Assembly (NCBI GenBank): GCA_030059665.1
Contig: JANVYR010000002.1
Span: 543,521-575,520, forward strand
Reading direction: 5' to 3'
DNA length: 32,000 bases
Source of the DNA: Candidatus Calditenuis fumarioli
Lineage (GTDB): Archaea > Thermoproteota > Nitrososphaeria_A > Caldarchaeales > Calditenuaceae
The notes under the pieces were generated by a model that saw only the letters and a program-made list of their open reading frames with translations, did no database searches and had not been told where the DNA came from. Shown here piece by piece: positions 16,658 to 25,173 of the stretch (position 1 is its first letter; every line of letters starts with the position of its first letter). Position numbers and translations under genes: made by a program.

Positions 16658-17228
16658 ACTCTGCGACTATTTTCTTGTATATGGAGCGGTAATAGAGCAG
16701 CGATGCAGAGATCAACGCCGCGACCAGTACCGAAATCGAGGCCATCATGAATGTGCCATCGAAGGTCATGGACTTTGCGGCTTCGAGGATCGATGCAACG
16801 ACAACGCCCAGCATGGCAGCTACGAACAAAGGGACGAGCGCAAGCATCACGAAGATCCTGTCGATGTACTCCCGTTTCCGCTTCCCGTCGGTGATTCTGC
16901 CCAGGATGAGGGTCAGCGCCGGGAGGTTGATCAGGTACGGGTACCGCTCGACGATCTTGTGCCGGTGGATCGCCATAACCGAGATGAGTGCCACCACGCC
17001 GAGCCCGATGCCGTTCACGATCGCCAACGGCGTGAGGAGCTCCTCCTTGGGTCCGATCTCAGGTCTTCCTCCTGGACCGAAGTCCACCGCGACCAAGTCG
17101 GGGAGCATCGAGTACTCGACCGCGGAGTAGGCGACGACCGCGAACATCAGCAGGAATCCAAGCGCAATTGAAGCGAGGATGAACCTCCCCGGATCTGCCA
17201 ATCTCAACACCCATGTAAGAAGGGGCAC
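16650..17228 (-). CDS. Integral membrane protein, DUF1648-like
   Basis: First TM followed by LPDLVAVDFGPGGRPEIGPKEE (resembles the DUF1648 LPDxIPxHFxxxGxPD segment), plus three further TM helices. The 3' end overlaps the PAC2 gene by 8 nt (convergent). Confidence 0.65.
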   Translation of the reverse strand: MPLLTWVLRLADPGRFILASIALGFLLMFAVVAYSAVEYSMLPDLVAVDFGPGGRPEIGPKEELLTPLAIVNGIGLGVVALISVMAIHRHKIVERYPYLINLPALTLILGRITDGKRKREYIDRIFVMLALVPLFVAAMLGVVVASILEAAKSMTFDGTFMMASISVLVAALISASLLYYRSIYKKIVAEFT

Positions 17229-17331
17229 ACCTCGCTCATGAATTTCGCTGTCACCTGGGGGAGGAGCAGGGCCGGATCAGAGGGCGACGAGCCACGACCC
17301 GAAGATTGAAACCATCGGCGATGGGTTCACG

Positions 17332-17835
17332 TCACGCAGAGGACTGCGACGTCAAGATCTCCCTCACCCTGTCCTCCCCGAACCTGCTGATGCGGTACGT
17401 CCCTGTCTCCTCCCTGATCAGGAACCCGTCCTTCGCTAGCTCGTTTATGCGGGCCACGACGCTGCCGTAGTTCGCGGGGAAGCCGTCGTTCCTGAGGAAC
17501 TCGTACACCTCGACGGGCTTCATCTCCCTCTTGCCCTTGAGGGACATCACGTAGTACGTCAGCAGTATCTGGTCCTTCAGCGGCAGCCTCCTGACGGGCG
17601 CGCCCATGTGGGGCACCTCTCCGGACATGTCCACCCAGCCCTCCAGGCTCACCAGCTCTTCATGCGCCGTTGCGGCCACCGAGGCGATGGACCTCGATAG
17701 CTCCGTGACCTTCTCGTGGATGGACCTGAGCTTATCGGGATCCAGCGTGTCCAGCTCCTCAGGCGTCGTCTCGAGCTCATATTGCGCTCCGTCCCTCAGC
17801 TGAAACCTGATCCTGAGGATCATACCACATGACAC
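17332..17835 (-). CDS. Hypothetical protein with a C-terminal winged-helix DNA-binding-like domain
   Basis: C-terminal PVEVYEFLRNDGFPANYGSVVARINELAKDGFLIREETGTYRISRFG resembles wHTH. GCTATAAGC on the minus strand (17859-17867) lies about 28 nt upstream of the GTG at 17835. Alternative ATG at 17823. Confidence 0.7.
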   Translation of the reverse strand: MSCGMILRIRFQLRDGAQYELETTPEELDTLDPDKLRSIHEKVTELSRSIASVAATAHEELVSLEGWVDMSGEVPHMGAPVRRLPLKDQILLTYYVMSLKGKREMKPVEVYEFLRNDGFPANYGSVVARINELAKDGFLIREETGTYRISRFGEDRVREILTSQSSA

Positions 17836-17932
17836 CTACGATACTACAACAAAGGGCTGCTTATAGCTGTTTCCCTGAGGGGAACGGTCCGCGTCGCCCT
17901 AATACTTAGGCGGTTTCGGATAGGGATCGGCC

Positions 17933-18223
17933 ATGGACGTGTCCGAGGTCATGATCGATTCGGTGGAGACGGAGGAGAAGGTCAGCCTGTTCAAAGGAAG
18001 GGCGATCGTGGAAGGGAGCGAGGTGAGGTTCTCCGGGATCGCGGTCTACACCATTGGAGGACCGACGGTCGGCGTGACCATCGAGCAGGAGGACGAGGCC
18101 CAACTGATGGCGAAGCTGGGGAAGGAGGGATTCGAGGCGCTGATCGCGGAGCTCCAGAGGAGGATCGTGGAGGGCGACTTCACCGTTAAAGGGCCTGTCA
18201 GGGTGAGAAGGCAGCCGCTATGA
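17933..18223 (+). CDS. Hypothetical protein, 96 aa, no family recognised
   Basis: High GC3 in frame and an acidic, balanced composition. CCTAATACTTA at 17898-17908 lies about 30 nt upstream of the ATG. ATGA overlap with the next gene. Confidence 0.7.
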   Translation: MDVSEVMIDSVETEEKVSLFKGRAIVEGSEVRFSGIAVYTIGGPTVGVTIEQEDEAQLMAKLGKEGFEALIAELQRRIVEGDFTVKGPVRVRRQPL

Positions 18224-18645
18224 CCGCGGAGCTTGAGGTCGCCGGTGTCATACTGGACTGCTGGGACGCCGTCGAGAAGGGGGACTTCGAGAGGCTCGCA
18301 TCGCACTACGACGTCGGGCGCTTCACGCTCTTCAGCGAGCATCCTCCCCACGGTCCGGAGGAGGGGGAGAGGGCGCTGCTGCTGAAGCGCGGCCTGATCA
18401 CGCAGGTCTCAGGGATCGAGGTAGAGGTCAGGGACGTGAGGGTGAGCGTCTTCGGGGACGTCGCTCTGGCCACCTACCTCGTCAAGTACAAGGGCATGCT
18501 GGTCTACCAGTACAGGTTCGAGGGGCAGCTGATATCGGTGACCGCCTTCTGCAGCTCCGTTCTGGTGCGCGGGAGCGAGGGCTGGAAGATCGTCCACGAG
18601 CACTTCACGCGCATCCCAGAGCAGGACGAGGTCACCGCTCGGTGA
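18220..18645 (+). CDS. NTF2/SnoaL-like fold protein (DUF4440-like)
   Basis: Pattern W.AVEKGDFERLASHYD ... DVRVSVFGDVALATY ... SSVLVRGSEGWKIVHEHFT is typical of SnoaL/NTF2-like domains. GGGTGAGAAGG precedes the ATG. Confidence 0.7.
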   Translation: MTAELEVAGVILDCWDAVEKGDFERLASHYDVGRFTLFSEHPPHGPEEGERALLLKRGLITQVSGIEVEVRDVRVSVFGDVALATYLVKYKGMLVYQYRFEGQLISVTAFCSSVLVRGSEGWKIVHEHFTRIPEQDEVTAR

Positions 18646-19024
18646 GCCACCTGATCACCTCCTCGGCGTCCTCGGCCTCGACGAAGACGTCGATCCAGCC
18701 GATCTCGGGCAGCTCGTCCAGCTCGAGGAGCGACGCGGTGCCGACGTAGGCAGCCTGCTTGCTCAGCATGAAGTGGACGAGGTTACCGCCGGAGAAGGAG
18801 CGCATGATCCGCTCGGCCGCAGCCCTCACTTTTCTCCTCCTCAGGTTCTCCTTCAGGTAGCTGAGCGCGCCTATCTGGTCCGACTCGCCCTCGATCACCT
18901 GCCGCTGCCCGAAGCTCTTGAGCTCGAAGCGCAGGCTCGGGAACAGCTTGGAGAGGGCCCTCGTCACCTTCTCCGGGTCCTCGGTCGACCTGAGCTCCGC
19001 GACCACCCTGACCCGCACCTTCAT
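18632..19024 (-). CDS. UPF0201-like small protein (PF01877-type predicted RNA-binding fold)
   Basis: N-terminal MKVRVRVVAELRSTEDPEKV matches the V-x-V-x-AEVRPTED-x-EKV signature I associate with archaeal UPF0201 proteins. ATG at 19024 (the track starts 2 codons upstream at a TTG). The 3' end overlaps the SnoaL-like gene by 14 nt. Confidence 0.65.
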   Translation of the reverse strand: MKVRVRVVAELRSTEDPEKVTRALSKLFPSLRFELKSFGQRQVIEGESDQIGALSYLKENLRRRKVRAAAERIMRSFSGGNLVHFMLSKQAAYVGTASLLELDELPEIGWIDVFVEAEDAEEVIRWLTER

Positions 19025-19122
19025 CGCCAAACAGAACGCGATGGCCTTCTATCAACCCATGCCGCCGGATTAGGGACATGCGATCGGTTCCTGGGCTGAG
19101 GCATCGCATTGAAATAGCGGTA

Positions 19123-19135
19123 ATAACACTGTTAT
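19123..19135. promoter_or_regulatory. Perfect palindrome ATAACA-C-TGTTAT between a TATA-like element and the sufB ATG: candidate operator
   Basis: Read directly. TGAAATAGC at about 19110-19118 is the likely TATA box. The palindrome ends 7 nt before the ATG at 19142. Confidence 0.3.
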
Positions 19136-19141
19136 GACGAA

Positions 19142-20539
19142 ATGGCTGCGCAGGCGATAAGCTTCGACTACAGCAAGTACAACTTCAGGGACGAGGTACA
19201 GCCGGTCTACGTGACGAGGCCCGGCCTCTCGGAGGAGGTGGTGGACGAGATCTCCAGGCTGAAGGACGAGCCGGAGTGGATGCGCAGGAGGAGGCTCCAG
19301 GCCTACAGGATATTCCTTCAGAAGCCCATGCCCAGCTGGGGGCCAGACCTGAGCTCGCTCGACTTCCAGAAGATGAGGTACTACGTGAGGCCGACGGAGG
19401 GAAAGTACCGGAGCTGGGACGAGGTGCCTGAGTACATCAAGAGGACCTTCGAGAGGCTGGGGATACCTGAGGCGGAGAGGAAATTCCTCGCGGGCGTGGG
19501 GGCCCAGTACGACTCTGAGGTGGTCTACCACAACGTCCGGAGGGAGCTGGAGAAGCTCGGCGTGATATTCTGCGACATGGACACGGCCGTCAGGGAGTAC
19601 CCAGAGATCGTCAGGAGGTACTTCGGGACCGTTGTGCCCGCTGACGACAACAAGTTCGCGGCGCTGAACACGGCCGTCTGGAGCGGAGGCTCCTTCGTCT
19701 ACGTGCCCGAGGGCGTCGAGGTCGAGTTCCCGCTACAGGCCTACTTCAGGATCAACGCGGCGAACATGGGCCAGTTCGAGCGGACGCTGATAATCGCCGA
19801 GCCCTACAGCAAGGTCCATTATATAGAGGGGTGCACCGCGCCCATCTACAGCACCGAGAGCCTCCACGCAGCGGTGGTCGAGGTCATAGCGATGAAGGGT
19901 GCCCACGTGAGGTACACGACCCTCCAGAACTGGAGCACCGACGTCTACAACCTGGTCACCAAGAGGTCCTTCGCCTACGAGGGCGCGACGGTGGAGTGGG
20001 TTGACGCCAACATCGGAAGCAAGGTCACCATGAAGTACCCGAGCGTCTACCTCCTGGGGAGGGGAGCGAGGGCCGAGATCCTCTCGGTCGCCTTCGCGGG
20101 CAGGGGCCAGCACCAGGACACCGGTGCGAAGGCGGTGCACCTGGCACCCGACACGACCAGCAGGATCACGTCCAAGTCGGTCTGCAAGGACGGCGGCCGC
20201 GTCACCTACAGGGGCCTCCTCCACGTGGCGAAGGGGGCGAAGAGGGTCAAGTCCAGCGTGAGGTGCGACTCGCTGATACTCGACGACCGCTCCAGGACCG
20301 ACACGTACCCCTACAACGAGATACAGGAGGACGACGCCACGGTGACGCACGAGGCCACGGTCGGCAGGATCGGAGAGGACCAGCTGTTCTACCTGATGAG
20401 CAGGGGGATACCGGAGCAGGAGGCGCTGAACATGATCGTGCTCGGTTTCTTCGAGGGCTTCACGAAGACGCTCCCGATGGAGTACGCGATCGAGTTCAAC
20501 CGGCTGATCGAGCTCGAGATGAGCGGCAGCGTCGGCTGA
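19142..20539 (+). CDS. sufB: Fe-S cluster assembly scaffold protein SufB
   Basis: Full-length match to the SufB pattern ([85 protein letters not shown]). Confidence 0.95.
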   Translation: MAAQAISFDYSKYNFRDEVQPVYVTRPGLSEEVVDEISRLKDEPEWMRRRRLQAYRIFLQKPMPSWGPDLSSLDFQKMRYYVRPTEGKYRSWDEVPEYIKRTFERLGIPEAERKFLAGVGAQYDSEVVYHNVRRELEKLGVIFCDMDTAVREYPEIVRRYFGTVVPADDNKFAALNTAVWSGGSFVYVPEGVEVEFPLQAYFRINAANMGQFERTLIIAEPYSKVHYIEGCTAPIYSTESLHAAVVEVIAMKGAHVRYTTLQNWSTDVYNLVTKRSFAYEGATVEWVDANIGSKVTMKYPSVYLLGRGARAEILSVAFAGRGQHQDTGAKAVHLAPDTTSRITSKSVCKDGGRVTYRGLLHVAKGAKRVKSSVRCDSLILDDRSRTDTYPYNEIQEDDATVTHEATVGRIGEDQLFYLMSRGIPEQEALNMIVLGFFEGFTKTLPMEYAIEFNRLIELEMSGSVG

Positions 20540-20746
20540 GAACCCCTTCTCCGCGTTCCGGGGGCTTATCCCGGCAGACGATTCCGTTCCGAACCCCCTT
20601 TCGGATTTCCGGGCTAACGGGGACTCAGCGGCATTGGGGTCTCAATTGCCGATGTATATGCGGACATATGCTCGCAATTGCGGGATTATTCCCTACGGTA
20701 ACGCTATACGGAGACGATAAATCGCCTGAAAGCCAACACACGTCGG

Positions 20747-21250
20747 GTGGTTGGATTGGAGGCAGCCACGTTCCAGAGGGGTGGAAGGCTAGAGGCGAGG
20801 CAGCTGGAGGTGGTTCTGGTCCCGGTCTTCGAGGGGGTCAACTCGGAGCGGGCGGTGATGACGGCCGCGGAGCAGGCGAGGACGATGGGAAAGGAGCTGC
20901 TGCTGATGGTCGTTGTGGAGGTTCCGAAATCGCTGCCTGAGGGCTTCACTGAGTACGCCAAGATCGAGTGGAGGGGTGAGGAGCCGAGGTGGCTCTACGC
21001 CAGGCTGAAGGGCGAGGAGATCGTCCGGTCGCTGGAGGACCTTCTCCGCGAGAGCGGGGTCAGGTACGACTACGTGATCGAGACCTACGATTCCTTCAGG
21101 TACGCGATCGGGGACGGAGGGATCTGCAGGACCTGCAGGGCGGTGCTTCAGATTCCGACGAAGGCCGCTCCGAAGAGGGCGAGGAAGGCCTTCAGCGAGG
21201 CCCTCAAGGCGCTCGAGGAGCTGAGGGTCCCGATAACGCTCGTCCCCTGA
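20747..21250 (+). CDS. Hypothetical protein, divergent universal-stress-protein-like (adenine nucleotide alpha-hydrolase fold) by pattern only
   Basis: VVLVPVFEGVNSERAVMTAAEQARTMGKELLLMVVVEV and the C-terminal VPITLVP resemble the USP strand/helix pattern. GATAAAT at 20716-20722 lies about 28 nt upstream of the GTG start. Confidence 0.55.
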   Translation: MVGLEAATFQRGGRLEARQLEVVLVPVFEGVNSERAVMTAAEQARTMGKELLLMVVVEVPKSLPEGFTEYAKIEWRGEEPRWLYARLKGEEIVRSLEDLLRESGVRYDYVIETYDSFRYAIGDGGICRTCRAVLQIPTKAAPKRARKAFSEALKALEELRVPITLVP

Positions 21251-21302
21251 AGCCGTCTTCACCGTCGACGTTTTTAGCAACTCCTGACGCTGGGTTTCAG
21301 GA

Positions 21303-21953
21303 GTGACCAAGGCGCGCTGGCTCGCGGAGCGGAGGAGCGACCCCTGGCACAGGAAGGCCAAGGCAGAGGGGTACCCTTCCAGGGCAGCGTACAAGCTGAT
21401 CCACATCCAGCAGAGGTACCGCGTCCTCGGATGGGGGGATCTGGTGGTGGACCTGGGCTCCTGGCCCGGCGGGATGCTCTCGGTCGAGTCGCAGACCGTG
21501 GGACCGAAGGGGCTCGTTGTGGCCGTTGACCTGAGGGAACCGGTCTTCAGGGCCGGTAACGTGGTCTTCCTGCAGATGGACGTGAACGACGAGGAGGCGC
21601 CGTTCGAGATCCTCTCGGCGCTGGGCAACAGGAGGTGCGACGTCCTGGTTTCCGACGCCTCGCCGAGGTTCACGGGCGTGAGGGACGTCGACGTGTTCAA
21701 TCAGCTTCTGCTGGGCGTGAGGGCCCTGGAGATAGCGGATGTCGTCCTCAAGAGGGGAGGTAACGTGGTGATCAAGTTCCTCGAATGCGAGGAGCTCGCG
21801 AGGGTTGAGCGGAGGCTCAGGAGGTGGTTCAGGTTCGTCAAGCGCGTCGTCACACCGCCGACCCTCAGGAAACGCTCCTCTGAGGTCTTCTTGGTGGGAC
21901 TGGGGAAGCTCGCCGACGGGATGTCGGAGGGGCTCAGGGACCTGATCAGGTGA
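21303..21953 (+). CDS. rlmE: 23S rRNA 2'-O-ribose methyltransferase RlmE/FtsJ
   Basis: YPSRAAYKLIHIQQRY, SAM-binding VVDLGSWPGGM, VLVSDASPRFTG, GGNVVIKF, SSEVFLVGLG. TTTTTAGC at 21271-21278 lies about 28 nt upstream of the GTG start. Confidence 0.9.
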   Translation: MTKARWLAERRSDPWHRKAKAEGYPSRAAYKLIHIQQRYRVLGWGDLVVDLGSWPGGMLSVESQTVGPKGLVVAVDLREPVFRAGNVVFLQMDVNDEEAPFEILSALGNRRCDVLVSDASPRFTGVRDVDVFNQLLLGVRALEIADVVLKRGGNVVIKFLECEELARVERRLRRWFRFVKRVVTPPTLRKRSSEVFLVGLGKLADGMSEGLRDLIR

Positions 21954-22976
21954 TCATGAAGTTCTCCTGACGAACCTCGGCCTCGGGAAGGAGAGGTTCA
22001 GACCGACCTCAGCGATATCGGTCGAGTATTCAACGACCCTCTTGACGTTGTCGTACAGGACCCTTAGGGCCACCTGCGATCCCACCGGCACCCTCCGCTC
22101 GAGTGCGTGCACGAAGCTCCTCTCAAGATCGCGAAGGTACTCCGAGGTCTCCTCGAGAAGCGCCTGTGCGCGATCCACGTCGGGCTCCAGGACGAGCTCA
22201 ACAGACCTGCGGAAGTGCGTCGTCGAGCCGAACGAGTGACGGTAGAACTCCTCGAAGGAGGACACGTCCAGCTCCCTCTCGAGGGCGAGCATCGCGATGT
22301 TGGTGGCGTGGTCCGCAACCCGCTCGATGCTCCTGGCGACCAGAGTGTAGCTCATCAGGAGCTGAGGCCACTCCACCTCCAACGGCTCCAGGATCCTCGG
22401 GTCCACCACGGAGAGGTTCGTCAGCCTGACCATATAGTGGTAGAACCGGTCGACCTCGTCGTCCCTGTAGATCAGGTCGTGGACCTCTTCCCTGTTGGGT
22501 TCCGCGAGGAGGGAGAGCGAGTCCTGCACCATTCCCGATGTGAGCGTGCCCATCCTGGAGATGACCTGTTTTGGCGGGAGGTCCCTGTGGAGCTGGACCA
22601 CGTTCAGCACCATGCCGTCCAGACGCTCGTCGACGACCTCGACCCCCGCGAGCCACCTCCTCGCAACCTCCTTGATTCCGCGGAGGATACCCGGAGCGGC
22701 ACCGTCGAGCCGAATCGAGATCGAGCTGTAGCCTGCGAGGTAGAGCGAGATCAGGGACCTGACGGCCTGGTCGAGCGTCACGTTTTCCCTCAGCACGAGC
22801 ACCCCCTCCTCGAGCGCCGCGTCGGCGGGGATCACCGAGAGCGGCCCCGAGACCGGCGCCATCAGAAGTACCTCGTCGCCCTTTTCCAACCCGAACTGCT
22901 CGGCCCACTCCTTCGGCAGCGAGACGATGAGCGTCGAGCCGCCCGTAAGCTGGAGCCTTCTGCCGTACGCCCTCAT
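21954..22976 (-). CDS. AbrB/SpoVT-domain + PhoU-domain protein (archaeal phosphate uptake regulator type)
   Basis: N-terminal RRLQLTGGSTLIVSLPKEWAEQFGLEKGDEV (SpoVT/AbrB swapped hairpin). C-terminal PhoU repeats (DDEVDRFYHYM, ARSIERVADHATNIA, VVEYSTDIAE). CTATATAC (minus, 23002-23009) lies about 29 nt upstream of the ATG at 22976. Its stop abuts the rlmE stop with no gap. Confidence 0.85.
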   Translation of the reverse strand: MRAYGRRLQLTGGSTLIVSLPKEWAEQFGLEKGDEVLLMAPVSGPLSVIPADAALEEGVLVLRENVTLDQAVRSLISLYLAGYSSISIRLDGAAPGILRGIKEVARRWLAGVEVVDERLDGMVLNVVQLHRDLPPKQVISRMGTLTSGMVQDSLSLLAEPNREEVHDLIYRDDEVDRFYHYMVRLTNLSVVDPRILEPLEVEWPQLLMSYTLVARSIERVADHATNIAMLALERELDVSSFEEFYRHSFGSTTHFRRSVELVLEPDVDRAQALLEETSEYLRDLERSFVHALERRVPVGSQVALRVLYDNVKRVVEYSTDIAEVGLNLSFPRPRFVRRTS

Positions 22977-23040
22977 CGCCACATTATAGATGAGAGCCTG
23001 AGTATATAGCCTGAAACCCCTCTGCGAAGGGAAAGATTCC

Positions 23041-23090
23041 ACTATAGACTATAAGTAACTCTATATATTCAGCGCATCACCTATAAATTC
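23041..23090. promoter_or_regulatory. AT-rich divergent promoter/operator region for pstS with multiple TATA-like elements and ACTATA repeats
   Basis: ACTATA at 23041-23046 and 23048-23053, CTCTATATATT at 23060-23070, CCTATAAATT at 23080-23089, immediately upstream of the pstS ATG (23101, alternative 23119). Confidence 0.45.
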
Positions 23091-23100
23091 TCCACGGCCG

Positions 23101-24228
23101 ATGGCCGGTTGCGGAGGCATGATGGTGTCCGGTTCGAGGAATTACCGCAGGACGAAGCTCGGGGCTGCGCTGAACGCGCTCTCGGTCGCCCTGCTGGTGG
23201 TTGGGCTGCTGGCGGGTTTGGCTACGGGCTTCGTGATGGGTGGAATGGGAGGCGAAAGGGTCGTGACGGTCGAGCGTACGGTGACCGCCACCACTGTGGG
23301 AGGCGAGCAGACGCCAGCTCAGCTCAAGGGCAAGATCGTTATAGACGGTTCGAGCACGGTCTACCCGCTAACGGAGGCGGCGGCTGAGGAGTTCATGAAG
23401 CTCCACCCTGGAGTTCAGATATCAGTCAGCATATCCGGCACCGGTGGAGGTTTCAAACGGTTCGTCATAGGCGAGACCGACATCAACGACGCCTCCAGGC
23501 CGATCCTCAAGTCGGAGGCCGAGACGGCGGCCAAGAACGGCATCGAGTGGATAGAGATCCCGGTGGCGATCGACGGAATAACAATCGCGGTCAATCCGTC
23601 CAACAATTGGGTCGATTGCATCACCATATCCGAGCTGAGGAGGATATGGAGCCCCAACAGCACCATCACCAGGTGGAACCAGATCAGGCCTGATTGGCCA
23701 GATGCGCCGATTAAGCTTTACGGAATGGGGCCGGACTCAGGCACATTCGACTACTTCACCGAGCACGTGGTCGGCAAGCTTAAGGCTATCAGGACCGACT
23801 ACGTAGCCTCTGCGGATCCGAACGTCCAGGTGGCGGGAATAGAGGCCGAGAAGTACGCGCTTGGGTTCTTCGGTTACGCCTACTATTATGCGGCTAAAGA
23901 CAAAATCAAGGCCTTGAAGGTCAGAGACGACGCCTTGCAGAATTCAAGTTGCGTTGAGCCCAACGACCAGACAGTCAGCAGCTTCGTCTACCCGCTCTCG
24001 AGGCCCCTCTTCATCTACGTCAACAAGAAGGCGTGGTCTGAGAAGCCGGAGCTCAGGGAGTTCGTGCTTTTCTACGTTGAGAACGGCGAGCAAATCGCCA
24101 AGAAGGTCGGTTACACCCCGATGCCGATGGACTACTACAGGATCGCGGCTGCGCTGCTGAGGGCCGGGATGACCGACGGCTTGTACGGCCTGACCCGAGT
24201 GGTCCTGAGCAACGCGGGACCACACTGA
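23101..24228 (+). CDS. pstS: Phosphate ABC transporter substrate-binding protein PstS (membrane-anchored)
   Basis: N-terminal TM (LNALSVALLVVGLLAGLATGFVMGG). PstS core GSSTVYPL, ISGTGGGFKRF, INDASRP, GTFDYFTE, YPLSRPLFIYV. Confidence 0.92.
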   Translation: MAGCGGMMVSGSRNYRRTKLGAALNALSVALLVVGLLAGLATGFVMGGMGGERVVTVERTVTATTVGGEQTPAQLKGKIVIDGSSTVYPLTEAAAEEFMKLHPGVQISVSISGTGGGFKRFVIGETDINDASRPILKSEAETAAKNGIEWIEIPVAIDGITIAVNPSNNWVDCITISELRRIWSPNSTITRWNQIRPDWPDAPIKLYGMGPDSGTFDYFTEHVVGKLKAIRTDYVASADPNVQVAGIEAEKYALGFFGYAYYYAAKDKIKALKVRDDALQNSSCVEPNDQTVSSFVYPLSRPLFIYVNKKAWSEKPELREFVLFYVENGEQIAKKVGYTPMPMDYYRIAAALLRAGMTDGLYGLTRVVLSNAGPH

Positions 24229-24246
24229 CGTCCCGGGTCGAGGGCG

Positions 24247-25173
24247 ATGGGTGCGCTTGGAACCCGAACCCTCCTGCGATCGAACTCGATATCGCGCAGG
24301 AGGGCCGTTAACCGGGTTGCCCAGGCACTTTTCCTGATGGCGTCGCTCGTCTCCACGGTGGCTCTCGTGGTCATATTCGTCACCCTCTTCTCCGAGTCCA
24401 CAGCCTTCTTCACCCACGTCAGCCTCATCGAGTTCCTGACGGGGACAAAGTGGACGGCGCTCTTCGCCGAGAAACACTTCGGGATCCTGCCGCTCCTGAA
24501 CGCCACCCTGATCACCTCCGCGATCGCCGTGGCCTTCGCCACGCCAGCTGGCCTCGCGGCCGGGATCTACCTCAGCGAGTACGCCGGGAAGAGGACGAGG
24601 AGCCTGCTGAAGCCGGTAGTGGAGACGCTCTCGGGGATACCGACGGTCGTTTACGGCTACTTCGCGTTGTACTTCCTGACGCCGCAGCTGCTGAGGAACT
24701 TTCTGCCGGGCATAGGGGTGCACAACGCGCTCGCCGTGGGCCTCATGATCGGGGTTCTGGTGCTTCCGATCGTGGCGTCCTTGAGCGACGACGCGATGAG
24801 GGCTGTACCGGAGGATTTGCGGCTCGCGGCCTATTCGCTCGGCGCGAGGAAGTACCAGGTGGTCCTCAGGGTGGTCGTCCCTGCGGCGCTATCGGGCATC
24901 GTGGCATCGGTGATACTCGCCTTCGCGAGGGCAATGGGGGAGACGATGATCGCCGCCATAGCTGGCGGCTTCAGGCCGGTGCTCACGTTCGACGTCACGG
25001 AGTCGATGCAGACGATGCCCGCGTACATAGCCCAGGTTGCGACGGGCGACGCGCCGCACGGCACGATCGAGTACCAGTCGCTCTTCGCGGTGGGCCTCTT
25101 CCTGCTCCTGATAACTGCGGCTCTGAACTTCATCGGCATAAGGGTGGTGAGGAGATGGGAGATCAGGTACTGA
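24247..25173 (+). CDS. pstC: Phosphate ABC transporter permease PstC
   Basis: Polytopic protein with GILPLLNATL and AAYSLGARKYQVVLRVVVPAALSGIV (EAA loop). Confidence 0.93.
   Translation: MGALGTRTLLRSNSISRRRAVNRVAQALFLMASLVSTVALVVIFVTLFSESTAFFTHVSLIEFLTGTKWTALFAEKHFGILPLLNATLITSAIAVAFATPAGLAAGIYLSEYAGKRTRSLLKPVVETLSGIPTVVYGYFALYFLTPQLLRNFLPGIGVHNALAVGLMIGVLVLPIVASLSDDAMRAVPEDLRLAAYSLGARKYQVVLRVVVPAALSGIVASVILAFARAMGETMIAAIAGGFRPVLTFDVTESMQTMPAYIAQVATGDAPHGTIEYQSLFAVGLFLLLITAALNFIGIRVVRRWEIRY

Noticed and set aside
17323-17331. GGGTTCACG resembling a tRNA T-loop in the 17229-17331 spacer
   Set aside because: It does not fit GTTCRANYC. No acceptor, D or anticodon stems can be drawn around it, and it abuts the stop codon of the wHTH gene.
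20540-20746. C/D box sRNA in this spacer, and likewise in 28201-28368
   Set aside because: No RUGAUGA C box paired with a CUGA D box at appropriate spacing on either strand.
20789-21700. 303-aa minus-strand ORF spanning the USP-like gene, the intergenic promoter and part of rlmE
   Set aside because: It crosses a TATA/T-tract junction and two well-supported plus-strand genes. Its composition is Ser/Pro/Arg/Leu-rich.
22107-23009. 300-aa plus-strand ORF and 236-aa alternative minus frame (22198-22908) over the AbrB-PhoU gene
   Set aside because: Arg/Gly/Pro-dominated translations. The annotated frame has clear SpoVT/AbrB and PhoU repeat signatures.
24450-25154. Upstream 235 codons of the 535-aa ORF that ends as pstA
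   Set aside because: It overlaps pstC in another frame and is Arg/Gly-rich. PstA-like membrane sequence begins at the ATG at 25155.
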